Positions 43,626 through 52,457 of a stretch of DNA of 53,105 nt are shown here, one piece after another (positions within the stretch are counted from its first letter, which is position 1; each line of letters begins with the position of its first letter). The position numbers were made by a program, and so were the translations under genes. The notes under the pieces were generated by a model. It ran no database searches. It saw only the letters and a list, made by a program, of their open reading frames with translations, and was not told the DNA's origin. Source of the stretch: a virus (Duplodnaviria; Caudoviricetes); IMG/VR virus record IMGVR_UViG_3300017548_000002, positions 1 to 53,105 of that record; one strand, given 5' to 3'.

Positions 43626-43973
43626 ATGAACATTCTCGAAAATATCGGTGCGCAGGGCGAAATCCGCATCTACCGCATCGACGCGATCCCTGCCGACGCG
43701 AAGCCCGTCGCCAAGGAAAGCGGTCACTACATCATCGGCCATAGCGAAACCGGCCATCACCACGTGCTTGAGGCTGAGCGCGTCGAAGTATTCGAGCGCA
43801 CCGAGGAAGGCATGCGCGTTCTCTATGCGATCCTCGAAACGCCGGGTGATCTGAGGCACCTGCGCGGACACTATACGCACCGTCCGCACGATCTGGCACC
43901 GAGCGCGTACATGTTCCGCCCGGATCGCGAGTTCGATCACTACGCCGAACTTTCTCGCCAATCGATGGACTGA
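43626..43973 (+). CDS. His-rich small partner of the DUF6745-like gene
   Basis: AQGEI...GHSETGHHH...H; AAGGA RBS. Confidence 0.7.
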   Translation: MNILENIGAQGEIRIYRIDAIPADAKPVAKESGHYIIGHSETGHHHVLEAERVEVFERTEEGMRVLYAILETPGDLRHLRGHYTHRPHDLAPSAYMFRPDREFDHYAELSRQSMD

Positions 43974-44033
43974 AAGGAGCGTTCAGGTTTCGGCCCTCCG
44001 GGGCCGTTTCCCGAACGTTTTGGAGCGAAGAAC

Positions 44034-44288
44034 ATGCGCTGCATAGACAGGGACGTATGGGTAGGCCGCGATCCTGAAACCGGAGAGGTTTTCGGTTTCT
44101 CGACTGAGGCGGAAGCCTACCAGCACTGGCAGGATTACGGCGACACGGGCCTTTTCTACACGGTGTTCAACGACGCCGAAGGATGGAGCAGGCCGCTCAA
44201 CGATGAGTTCGCTGACATGCTCGTAGCGGATCGCTGCGAGGACCGTGCATGGCAGCGTCACGTCGATAGCTACGCGAGGGCTTCGTGA
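44034..44288 (+). CDS. Hypothetical protein
   Basis: GGAG RBS, 84 aa. Confidence 0.6.
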   Translation: MRCIDRDVWVGRDPETGEVFGFSTEAEAYQHWQDYGDTGLFYTVFNDAEGWSRPLNDEFADMLVADRCEDRAWQRHVDSYARAS

Positions 44289-44508
44289 TGTCCTCCCGAG
44301 CTTATCTCATCACCCTTTCCACCTGCTGTGCCACCTGGTTCCTGATGGGAATGGCCGTGCGGGACTTCCTGAACTGAGAGGATAACACCATGACCCGTTT
44401 TCTCTCCCTCCGCGCTCGCATAGCCGGCTCGCTTACAGACGTTCTGTCTGGCGTGGTGATGCTGGCGTTCATCATGACCGCAATGTTCTGGCTCGTGGGG
44501 ATTACGTC

Positions 44509-44862
44509 ATGAGTTCTATTCAAGAATACTGGCGCGTGCGTCATACCGCTGATAAGCATTTCGGTAGTGTCCACACGCGATGCCGTCGCCTTACCTGCGC
44601 GGACGGCTACAACGTATCTGTTCAAGCCAGTGAGTTTCACTACTGCTCGCCGCGAACATACATGCCGGACGGTAACTACAGCGCATGGGAGCTTGGCTTT
44701 CCCAATAAACATGACGAACTGCTTGACGACTTTGCAGAAGAGTCGGGCAACCCGCTCCATACAGTTTATGGTTGGGTTCCAACTGAAGTCGTAGACGCCC
44801 TGATTGCCAAGCACGGCGGCATAGCTGACGCCACACCCAAAGCAAGCGAGGCTTCTCGATGA
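44509..44862 (+). CDS. Conserved phage hypothetical protein
   Basis: CADG..VSVQAS..HYCSPR...VYGWVP. Confidence 0.7.
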   Translation: MSSIQEYWRVRHTADKHFGSVHTRCRRLTCADGYNVSVQASEFHYCSPRTYMPDGNYSAWELGFPNKHDELLDDFAEESGNPLHTVYGWVPTEVVDALIAKHGGIADATPKASEASR

Positions 44863-45086
44863 ACGCCCGCGTTGAGCCACGAACTGCCCGCGCCCTCGCA
44901 TGGATCGCTGACATTGAGGCCCATGCACGCGGCTGCGAAGGCCGGGCTGCCGTCTACGAGGATGACGCCAAGCGGTATCCGAAGGCGCACCGTCGATACC
45001 ATGAATTCAAGGCCCTTGCTGCCGAACAGCGCCGAAAGGCCGCTGAGGCTTGGCAGTGGGCTGAGCGCGAGAGGAGCTACCTGTGA
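44859..45086 (+). CDS. Hypothetical protein
   Basis: Translationally coupled on both sides. Confidence 0.55.
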   Translation: MNARVEPRTARALAWIADIEAHARGCEGRAAVYEDDAKRYPKAHRRYHEFKALAAEQRRKAAEAWQWAERERSYL

Positions 45087-45775
45087 GAAACTATCTCTAC
45101 GTGGACATCGAAACCATTCCTGCGCAGTCGCCGGAAATTCACGCTGCGATTGCCGAAAACGTCAAGCCGCCAGCACAGATGAAGAAGGCAGAAACCATCG
45201 CGGCGTGGGAGGCGAGCGACAAGGCGCAGGCTGTTCAGGATGCCATCGCCAAGACATCACTCGACGGAACCTACGGTCACATTTGCTGTGTTGGGTTTGC
45301 GGTCAACGACGGCGCGCCGGATTGCCGATACCTGCCGGATCGCTATTCGCCCGATCTGGAAGCGGAGCTGCTCCATGACTTCTTCGCGAGGGTGAATGAA
45401 GTCGGGGCGAACAACCCCTACCCGGTTTGCGTGGTGGGGCACAACGTCATCGGCTTCGATCTTCGCTTCATCTGGCAGCGGGCAATTATTCTCGGCGTCC
45501 GCGTCCCCGGGTGGTTCCCTCGCGATCCGAGGCCTTGGGGCAACGAAGCGTTTGATACCATGATCGCCTTTGCCGGTCAGCGCGGAACAATCGGTATGGA
45601 TCGGCTGTGCCGTGCGCTCGGCATCGAAGGCAAGGGCGAAATCGACGGTTCTATGGTCGCTTCTCTCTGGGAGGTGCGGCGCAGCGACGACATCGCCCGG
45701 TACTGCATGGACGACGTTGAGCGTACCCGCGCGATCCATCGCCGCATGCAGGTTGCCTATGGAGAAGCGGCATGA
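45083..45775 (+). CDS. 3'-5' exonuclease (DEDD, PolB-exo-like)
   Basis: YVDIET, GHN..GFD, YC.DD motifs. Confidence 0.85.
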   Translation: MRNYLYVDIETIPAQSPEIHAAIAENVKPPAQMKKAETIAAWEASDKAQAVQDAIAKTSLDGTYGHICCVGFAVNDGAPDCRYLPDRYSPDLEAELLHDFFARVNEVGANNPYPVCVVGHNVIGFDLRFIWQRAIILGVRVPGWFPRDPRPWGNEAFDTMIAFAGQRGTIGMDRLCRALGIEGKGEIDGSMVASLWEVRRSDDIARYCMDDVERTRAIHRRMQVAYGEAA

Positions 45776-46530
45776 CCGACAACCTCGCAATATGGGATCG
45801 GTTCGCTGACATTGATCCCGCCTACACCAAGCCGATCACAGGCAAGAGCTACAAGGGAACGTCCCCGAACCCGCAATACGTCATTCGCTGCCTGACCGAG
45901 CTTTTCGGCCCTGTCGGAAAGGGCTTCGGGTGGGAAGTGTTGCAGGAAGGGTTCGAGCCACTTGGCGAGGAAATCCTGCACTGGTGCCGAATCCGGTTCT
46001 GGACCGAGGATCGGGCGAACTGCTTCGAGAGCTACGGCCAGACCAAGGCGTACATGAAAACGAAAAACGGTCTGATGGCTGACGAGGACGCGCCGAAGAA
46101 ATCGTTGACCGACGCAATCGTGAAGGCGGCATCGCACATCGGCATCGCCGCCAACATCTTCCTCGGGCGATGGGACGATCAGAAATACGTCCAGTCCGTG
46201 GCGGACGATTACCGGGAAAAGGATGGAGGGCACGAGCCGGAACGCCAGTCCAAGGCGGATTCACGACCGATCTACACGCAGCTTGTGTCCGAGATGCGCA
46301 AGTGCCGGTCGAAGGACGATATTCGCCGCTGGATAGCTGACCCGGAGGTCAAGGCACTCCGCGCCAAGCTGCCAGCAGATTGGGACGCGAACCTGCGCCA
46401 GTCCGCAGCCGACTTTGGGCGCGATCTTCCCGAAGAAGCGAGCGACGAAACCGTATCCGCCATCCAGCAGACGTTCCCCGGCTCGCGTGTCGTGGCAGAG
46501 CGCCGATACGGCGAAGAATTGACGGTGTAG
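45772..46530 (+). CDS. Rad52/Sak-like ssDNA annealing protein
   Basis: TELFGPVGKGFGW, DEDAPKKSLTDAIVKAAS.IGIA..IF.G. Confidence 0.75.
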   Translation: MTDNLAIWDRFADIDPAYTKPITGKSYKGTSPNPQYVIRCLTELFGPVGKGFGWEVLQEGFEPLGEEILHWCRIRFWTEDRANCFESYGQTKAYMKTKNGLMADEDAPKKSLTDAIVKAASHIGIAANIFLGRWDDQKYVQSVADDYREKDGGHEPERQSKADSRPIYTQLVSEMRKCRSKDDIRRWIADPEVKALRAKLPADWDANLRQSAADFGRDLPEEASDETVSAIQQTFPGSRVVAERRYGEELTV

Positions 46531-46532
46531 AG

Positions 46533-46961
46533 ATGGCGAAGAAACCCGACAAACCGATTTACGGTTTCCGCCGCCACGGAAATACCTTGGTGCCGGATAT
46601 GGAATTCGATTTGCGCGCGCTCGACGGCGTTGCCAACGGCGAGCTTGTTCGCGTGGAGGTCAAGGAGTTTCGCAGCGCAGCTCGGAACAGAGCCTACTGG
46701 AAAATGCTCTCCGAGGTCATTTCCGCCACAGACTGCGCGCTATCGCCTGAGAGGCTGCACGAAGTTCTAAAGCTTGAAACGGGTGTGGTCGATCTGATCC
46801 GTCTGCCCGGTGGAATGACAGTCGCCATCCCCGGCTCCATCAGCTTTGACAAGATGGACGAAGCTGAGTTCATCGCATTCTTCGAGCGGGCTACAGAATG
46901 GCTGTCCCGCACTTATGGGTATGTCGCACCAGAGCGGGCTAACGCACGGAGGGCCGCATGA
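46533..46961 (+). CDS. NinB/DUF1367-like recombination accessory protein
   Basis: RS..RNRAYW, SISFDKMDEAEF..F. Confidence 0.68.
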   Translation: MAKKPDKPIYGFRRHGNTLVPDMEFDLRALDGVANGELVRVEVKEFRSAARNRAYWKMLSEVISATDCALSPERLHEVLKLETGVVDLIRLPGGMTVAIPGSISFDKMDEAEFIAFFERATEWLSRTYGYVAPERANARRAA

Positions 46962-47134
46962 ACCCCGTCTCCGTCCAATCTCATAAGCGCAAGCGTCCGT
47001 ATTCAACCAGGATCGAGGCAATGAGCGCCAAGCTCATGGCGGAAGTGGAGAGTTCCGTTGATCGGCAGGTGACGGCGGCGCTCCGCACATTTCCAGTGAA
47101 TGTGTGGCGCGCAGAGAAGGAGGGGAGATTGTGA
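46958..47134 (+). CDS. 58-aa hypothetical protein (not in ORF track)
   Basis: GGAGG RBS; coupled at both ends. Confidence 0.5.
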   Translation: MNPVSVQSHKRKRPYSTRIEAMSAKLMAEVESSVDRQVTAALRTFPVNVWRAEKEGRL

Positions 47135-47370
47135 TGTCTGGAACACAGAAAGATCGCGGAGCGGTTCTGCAATTCGAATTAGACCGCAAACGGGTTGCCG
47201 CTTATCCGATAGACGACTCCTACCACGAGGGGAAAACTGCTCCGTGGAAGTGGCGCGGCATAATACATCAAGCGGTAAATGACGTCCTGGAAAACGGCGG
47301 CACGCTGGTTGTTGTAGCCGACAAGGAGACGGTGACAGTCGTTCAGAGGCCAGACACGGAGAGGCTGTGA
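47134..47370 (+). CDS. Hypothetical protein
   Basis: GGAG RBS; coupled start. Confidence 0.55.
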   Translation: MSGTQKDRGAVLQFELDRKRVAAYPIDDSYHEGKTAPWKWRGIIHQAVNDVLENGGTLVVVADKETVTVVQRPDTERL

Positions 47371-47371
47371 A

Positions 47372-47785
47372 ATGGCGCGCCTCGAATTTCCCCGCAAGGT
47401 CCGTGCCGCCGCCATTCTTCGCGCCGCTGGTCATTGCGAACGCTGCTCAGCCGTTCTCAAGACCGGCGAGGCTGAATTCGATCATATCCTCCCGTGCGCG
47501 CTTGGAGGAGAGCCTACGCTGGCGAACTGCATGGTCCTTTGCAGGCCATGCCATCGTGGCGAAGGCGGGAAAACCGCTCAGGACATAGGCCGCATCAGGA
47601 AAGCAGATCGACAGCGCGATAAGGCGTCCGGCGCAATCAGACCCGCTGGAAAGATCAAATCAAAAGGCTTTGACCGCAAGGAGAAGCGCGCCAAGCCATC
47701 CCTGCCACCGCGTCCGTTGTTCGGAGCGCGAGGCGCTTTGTGGCCTACTAGCACGAACCCGGAGGTAAGAGATGTCAGCGATTGA
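47372..47785 (+). CDS. HNH endonuclease
   Basis: CERC...EFDHI.P..LGG...NC..LCRPCH. Confidence 0.88.
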   Translation: MARLEFPRKVRAAAILRAAGHCERCSAVLKTGEAEFDHILPCALGGEPTLANCMVLCRPCHRGEGGKTAQDIGRIRKADRQRDKASGAIRPAGKIKSKGFDRKEKRAKPSLPPRPLFGARGALWPTSTNPEVRDVSD

Positions 47786-48503
47786 ACTGGATGAGAAGGC
47801 CATCTACGACGCCGGCAACAAGGCGATTGATAACCTCATCGATGAATACGGCAGCAGCCTCGGCAGCATGTCGAACCACGATCTTGCCGACTATCTTCGA
47901 CGCATTCCGGAAGCGATAGCGGGAGCCCTTTCCACCGCCGAAGCACTACGCCTGGTGTCGGGGGTGAAGGTGAAGTCGCTGGAGTGGACAGAAGATCACG
48001 GCGTTGCCCACCTTGGTCCATATCGCCTTTTCCAAGCAGACACTTCTCTCGGTCGATTCGCCTACGGCACGGACGCAGAGGGAAACTGCTACTGGCATAG
48101 CCAGTCGTCTGGCGTTTTCATGGTCAAGGATGAGGCCACAGCGAAGCGACAAGCCGAAGCATCATGGGCGAATATGGCCATCTCCGAGGCCGAAAAATAC
48201 ATCAACATCGCCGCCCTAACCCGCGATGAACCTGTTCCCGAACAGCCTGCCGAACAGGCGCTCACCGATTCTGAATTGTCGGAACGGCTCAAGGATATCG
48301 CTTCCGCAGTGTTCCCCAGCGCGAACAAGTTCGCCGTGGCGGATGGTGTCAAGCGCGTCCTCACGATCTTGGAGCGCGTGACGCCGGCAGAATACCTCGT
48401 CCTTCACACCTCGTTGTACCCGCCAAGGCGCGATGCCTGGCGCATGGACGATGGACAACCGACTGAATCGCAGGAGTGGGCTGACTATGACCGAGATTGT
48501 TGA
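47772..48503 (+). CDS. Mosaic early protein (Ead/Ea22-like)
   Basis: VKVKSLEW module; GGAGG RBS. Confidence 0.55.
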   Translation: MSAIELDEKAIYDAGNKAIDNLIDEYGSSLGSMSNHDLADYLRRIPEAIAGALSTAEALRLVSGVKVKSLEWTEDHGVAHLGPYRLFQADTSLGRFAYGTDAEGNCYWHSQSSGVFMVKDEATAKRQAEASWANMAISEAEKYINIAALTRDEPVPEQPAEQALTDSELSERLKDIASAVFPSANKFAVADGVKRVLTILERVTPAEYLVLHTSLYPPRRDAWRMDDGQPTESQEWADYDRDC

Positions 48504-48933
48504 AACCGCCGATCGTCTACTCCGCCTTGCAAAGAGGCGTTCAGACGAAGGAATCTATACCGATGCCGCGCTGTGCGAGAAAGCTGCCGAAGTCTTGTCC
48601 GCAGTTCCCGAAAGGCAGGGCGATGGGGTGCGGGAGGCGTTGCAACAAGTGCGCGACCTATTCATCGTGGATTACGGTCCCGATCCGAAGTCCCGCCCAT
48701 CCATTGGCTATGACAGCGAGGCTTTGCCCAAAGTAATAGCCATTCTCGATGCCGCCCTCTCCCGCCCCTCAGGCGAGGACGCGGGGGAGGTGGAGCGGCC
48801 CGCGAGTGTACAGGCTGCATTCGAGGTGTTCGCGGGCAGACCAGATACCGGGCCTCACGCGACAGCCATGTTCCGCTACATCGAACAGCTTGAAGCCGCT
48901 CTCCGCTCCCCTTCGGTCGAGAAGGAGGGGTGA
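48487..48933 (+). CDS. Mosaic early protein
   Basis: AGGAG RBS; modules separated by linker-like segments. Confidence 0.55.
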   Translation: MTEIVETADRLLRLAKRRSDEGIYTDAALCEKAAEVLSAVPERQGDGVREALQQVRDLFIVDYGPDPKSRPSIGYDSEALPKVIAILDAALSRPSGEDAGEVERPASVQAAFEVFAGRPDTGPHATAMFRYIEQLEAALRSPSVEKEG

Positions 48934-48936
48934 GCG

Positions 48937-49215
48937 ATGGGTGCAGTTGAAGGCCCGATATTCACCGATCAGGACGGTGGACTGAATATTAAAATTCCGA
49001 TGTGCGGGTGGGGTGATCGCACCTGTCGTCATCTCGGCGTGCATGAATTCCACTACTACTACTGTGCTGCGCAGGACGCCGAGAACAAACACGCGGCTCC
49101 GAATGAATTTGCCTATCCGTGGCACGGCGCAGGTAAGCATCTCTTCGGCGGGCCATATCCAAAGAATTGCCCGTTCCACCTCCCCGCCGCTCCCCTCCAC
49201 CAAAGGGAGGGCTGA
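48937..49215 (+). CDS. Hypothetical Cys-containing protein
   Basis: GGAGG RBS, 92 aa. Confidence 0.5.
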   Translation: MGAVEGPIFTDQDGGLNIKIPMCGWGDRTCRHLGVHEFHYYYCAAQDAENKHAAPNEFAYPWHGAGKHLFGGPYPKNCPFHLPAAPLHQREG

Positions 49216-49218
49216 ACG

Positions 49219-49680
49219 GTGAGCCGTTCTGGATATTCCGACGACTGCGACGACAACTGGGCGATGATCCGGTGGCGCGGCTACGTCGCCAGCGCCATTC
49301 GCGGCAAGCGTGGACAGGCGTTCCTCCGCGAAATGCTCGCGGCGCTCGACGCTATGCCCGAAAAGAAATTGATCGCCAATGACCTTGTGCGGGGCGATGG
49401 CTGTGTGTGTGCCATCGGTGCGGTCGGCAAGGCGCGCGGCGTCGATATGTCGGGATTAGACCCGGAAGACTCCGCCACGGTCGCCCATGCTTTCGGCATC
49501 AATGAAAAGCTCGCTCAGGAAATCGTCTACCTCAACGATGAGGCCGAATGGTGGGAGCGTGACGAAAACGGTAATGCCATTCGTGAAGGCGACAGTTTCA
49601 AGAAGATAACGCCGGAAGGCCGCTGGCGGCGGATGCGCGCTTGGGTCGCCAACCAGATCAAGGAACCCTCCCATGACTAA
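49219..49680 (+). CDS. Conserved phage hypothetical protein
   Basis: MSRSGYSDD...WRG.VASAIRGKRGQAFLREM..ALDAMP. Confidence 0.75.
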   Translation: MSRSGYSDDCDDNWAMIRWRGYVASAIRGKRGQAFLREMLAALDAMPEKKLIANDLVRGDGCVCAIGAVGKARGVDMSGLDPEDSATVAHAFGINEKLAQEIVYLNDEAEWWERDENGNAIREGDSFKKITPEGRWRRMRAWVANQIKEPSHD

Positions 49681-50731
49681 CCCACAGACAGAAGCGCGGG
49701 CGATTTCCGCATCGCTCGAAGATCGACTTGAAAAGCTCGCCGTACACATGGACAAGAGCCAACACGCAAAGTGGTGCAAGCTTAAAAACGCACCAGTCCA
49801 CGGCTATTCTGGCGAAGGCATTCTATTGCGCGAAGCAATCGCCGCCCTCGCCGCGAAGGATGCGGAATTAGAGAAGGTGAAGGCGGAGCGGAATGAGCTT
49901 TCAGTCTATTTCCGTGATGAAGCTCCATCCGAAGGGTTTGAGGGCGACGTAGAGGGTCTTTCGCCAATCGAAACAGCCCTAAAGGTGTTGCGCCGTCGCG
50001 CTCTTGCCGAACGAGCGGGATGGGTGAACCTCAGGGCGGAATTGCTGCCCGTCATCGAAGAATGGCGCGCATGGGCAACGGAGTGGGCTGGCACAGCTTG
50101 GATAGCGGACGAGGCGTTGCCGCCCGACGCGATGACGGACAGCGAACACAGGGTCGAACTCTACAGAGACCTATGCAAAATGATGAACGTCATGCAGTGG
50201 TTGCACGACGAAATCTCTGCCATCACCACAGAGCCAGCCGCACCGGAGACGCGCGCCTGCACTTGTCACCCCGACGATAATCCTCCCAATCCTTGCGCGC
50301 GGAAGTTAGCCTATTCCGAGTGCACCGCACCGGAAGGACGGCAGGAGGGCAAGCCGAGAGCCTACATCGTCCACGCGCCAGAAGATGACTATTACGGAAC
50401 CGGGCCGGATAGGTTGCAATTCCACCCTCTAACGCAGCGCGATCTGGATAATGGCTATCGGCAAACGCCTCTGTACACCCGCCCCGCAGAACAGGCGGTG
50501 ACGGAGGCGCAGCGAGGCGCAATTGCCTATGCCCTGACAAAGCGGCTTGTCATCGACATGCCGACTGCACGAGCGGCGGTTGACGAGGCCCTTGCGCAGA
50601 AGGAGGGAGGGCAGGAGGCGGCGCGGGAACGGGCATACGAATGGTTCGATGCAAACTTCAACGGCATGCCCGACACGAAACATTTGGTTGACGGTATCAT
50701 CGCCGCCCTTGCGCAGAAGGAGGGAGGGTGA
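49673..50731 (+). CDS. Mosaic early protein (Ead/Ea22-like)
   Basis: Modules including CTCHPDDNPP.PC and TPLY; duplicated ALAQKEGG. Confidence 0.6.
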   Translation: MTNPQTEARAISASLEDRLEKLAVHMDKSQHAKWCKLKNAPVHGYSGEGILLREAIAALAAKDAELEKVKAERNELSVYFRDEAPSEGFEGDVEGLSPIETALKVLRRRALAERAGWVNLRAELLPVIEEWRAWATEWAGTAWIADEALPPDAMTDSEHRVELYRDLCKMMNVMQWLHDEISAITTEPAAPETRACTCHPDDNPPNPCARKLAYSECTAPEGRQEGKPRAYIVHAPEDDYYGTGPDRLQFHPLTQRDLDNGYRQTPLYTRPAEQAVTEAQRGAIAYALTKRLVIDMPTARAAVDEALAQKEGGQEAARERAYEWFDANFNGMPDTKHLVDGIIAALAQKEGG

Positions 50732-51096
50732 TGAGCGATACGATTCTGGACCGGGCTATCTCTCCTGCTGAGGCTGTCCACAGGCTGGCGCAGAGGGGAG
50801 TGCATATCTCCGAGCGTCATTTGAGAAAGCGCGCTCGTGACCTTGGCGCGTGCCGCGTTTTCGGGAAAGCTATGTTCCTGCTTCCCGAGCATCTGGAAAT
50901 ACTGTTGGAGGAACCCGCACCATGCCGCTCAAACTCTACCAGCGCGGCGAAATCTGGTGGTATCGCGGCACGGTTGCCGGACGACGGATACATGAAAGCA
51001 CTCGAACGTCTGACAAAAAGACAGCGGAGCGCATCGCAAACAGAGCGGAGGCCCGCGAGTTCAAACGTGACCTTGATGGGCCAGCGTCGATCCTGA
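50731..51096 (+). CDS. Putative excisionase / recombination directionality factor
   Basis: HTH-like SPAEAV..L...ISERHLRKRAR; overlaps the integrase 5' end. Confidence 0.6.
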   Translation: MSDTILDRAISPAEAVHRLAQRGVHISERHLRKRARDLGACRVFGKAMFLLPEHLEILLEEPAPCRSNSTSAAKSGGIAARLPDDGYMKALERLTKRQRSASQTERRPASSNVTLMGQRRS

Positions 51097-51923
51097 CATT
51101 CGGCGCCGCCGCCACTCTCTACCTTGAGGCAGATAAATCTGACCGCTTCCTGAAACCTGTCATCGATTACTGGAAGAACACTCTCGTTAAAGATATCACG
51201 CCGGGCGCAATCCGCATGGCCGCGATCAAAACCTATCCTAACGGTGGTCCAGCTACGCGCAATCGCCAGTTTATAACACCCACGGTGGCGATAATAAATC
51301 ACGCAGCATCACTCGAACTTTGCACGCCTCTCTTGAAGGTCGAGCGATTTCAAGTTGGCAAGAAGGTCCGTAACGAAGCGGATTGGGAATGGGTGAAGGC
51401 TTTTTGCGCCGAAGCCCCACAGAACCTTGCCGCGCTCGCGCTGTTCGGATTCCTTACCGGCTCGCGCATCAGCAACATGACCAGCCTCGCATGGAGCGCC
51501 GTAGACTTCAAACGCAACGAGGTCGTTCTTTGGCGCACCAAGAACGGCGACGATCATGTTTCACACATGCCGCCGAACCTTGTCGTCGCGCTTGCGAACT
51601 TAAACACTGATCGCGACGGAAAGGTTTTCGGCTATGCCAGCCGGCACAGCGTAAAGTCTGCATGGTTTGCAGCCATCAAAAGGGCAAAAATTCGCAGGTT
51701 AACGCCGCACAGCTTGCGTCACGGCTTCGCCACCGGGCTTCTTCGCGCAGGCGTTGATCCGGTAACAGTAGCATGGCTGGGAGGATGGGAGAGTGCGCAG
51801 CTCGTGGTGGAAATCTACGGCCACGCGCTGAGGGACAGAACGGTCACAAATCGGCTTTCTGGCCCACTATCGCACCAGTCGATTGACGGTGCAGCAAATA
51901 TTTTAATGAAAACAGCCTCTTAG
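50922..51923 (+). CDS. int: Tyrosine integrase
   Basis: GSRIS (R), TKNG (K), HSLRH, LGGW, IYGH (Y); GGAGG RBS; stop 12 nt before the att core. Confidence 0.94.
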   Translation: MPLKLYQRGEIWWYRGTVAGRRIHESTRTSDKKTAERIANRAEAREFKRDLDGPASILTFGAAATLYLEADKSDRFLKPVIDYWKNTLVKDITPGAIRMAAIKTYPNGGPATRNRQFITPTVAIINHAASLELCTPLLKVERFQVGKKVRNEADWEWVKAFCAEAPQNLAALALFGFLTGSRISNMTSLAWSAVDFKRNEVVLWRTKNGDDHVSHMPPNLVVALANLNTDRDGKVFGYASRHSVKSAWFAAIKRAKIRRLTPHSLRHGFATGLLRAGVDPVTVAWLGGWESAQLVVEIYGHALRDRTVTNRLSGPLSHQSIDGAANILMKTAS

Positions 51924-51935
51924 TAGAAATGTTCC

Positions 51936-51981
<46 letters not shown>

Positions 51982-52152
51982 CGCCGGGCTTCTGCCATAT
52001 CGGGCAGGCAAGCGCAAGCATCGAAACTCGGGCGCAACGCGCCGGTTTTCCACTGCGGACGGCGTGATTCCGGGCATGGCTGTTCCCGAAGCTCGCGAGA
52101 CATTATCTTTGGCACGGCGAAACTGAGTCCTTTGCCGGCGGATGTGACAGCG

Positions 52153-52347
52153 ATGGCGGACGACGACGGGCAGCGAAAGAGCAGGCAGGGCGGAGGTGAT
52201 TTGCGCAAGCAGCGCCTTGCCGAGCAGCTTCGCGCCAACCTTCAGCGCCGCAAGGCGCAAAGCCGCTCGCGCAGGACCGGAGCGGAGGACGGGCGGCCGG
52301 AGGGCATCTCCGCCGCAAAAACGCCCGAAACGGACGCGGAAAGATAG
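52153..52347 (+). CDS. Small conserved alphaproteobacterial protein upstream of murA
   Basis: RLAEQLRANLQRRKAQSR motif. Confidence 0.7.
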   Translation: MADDDGQRKSRQGGGDLRKQRLAEQLRANLQRRKAQSRSRRTGAEDGRPEGISAAKTPETDAER

Positions 52348-52457
52348 CGTCCGCCGTGGAACGCGGTTTTCTTGAACCGGCGGATGCAATGGTCTAGACC
52401 GGCGCCTCGCATCCCGAAGCACATAGCCGGCGCGGCTGGCGGAAAAAGTGGGGGCAT

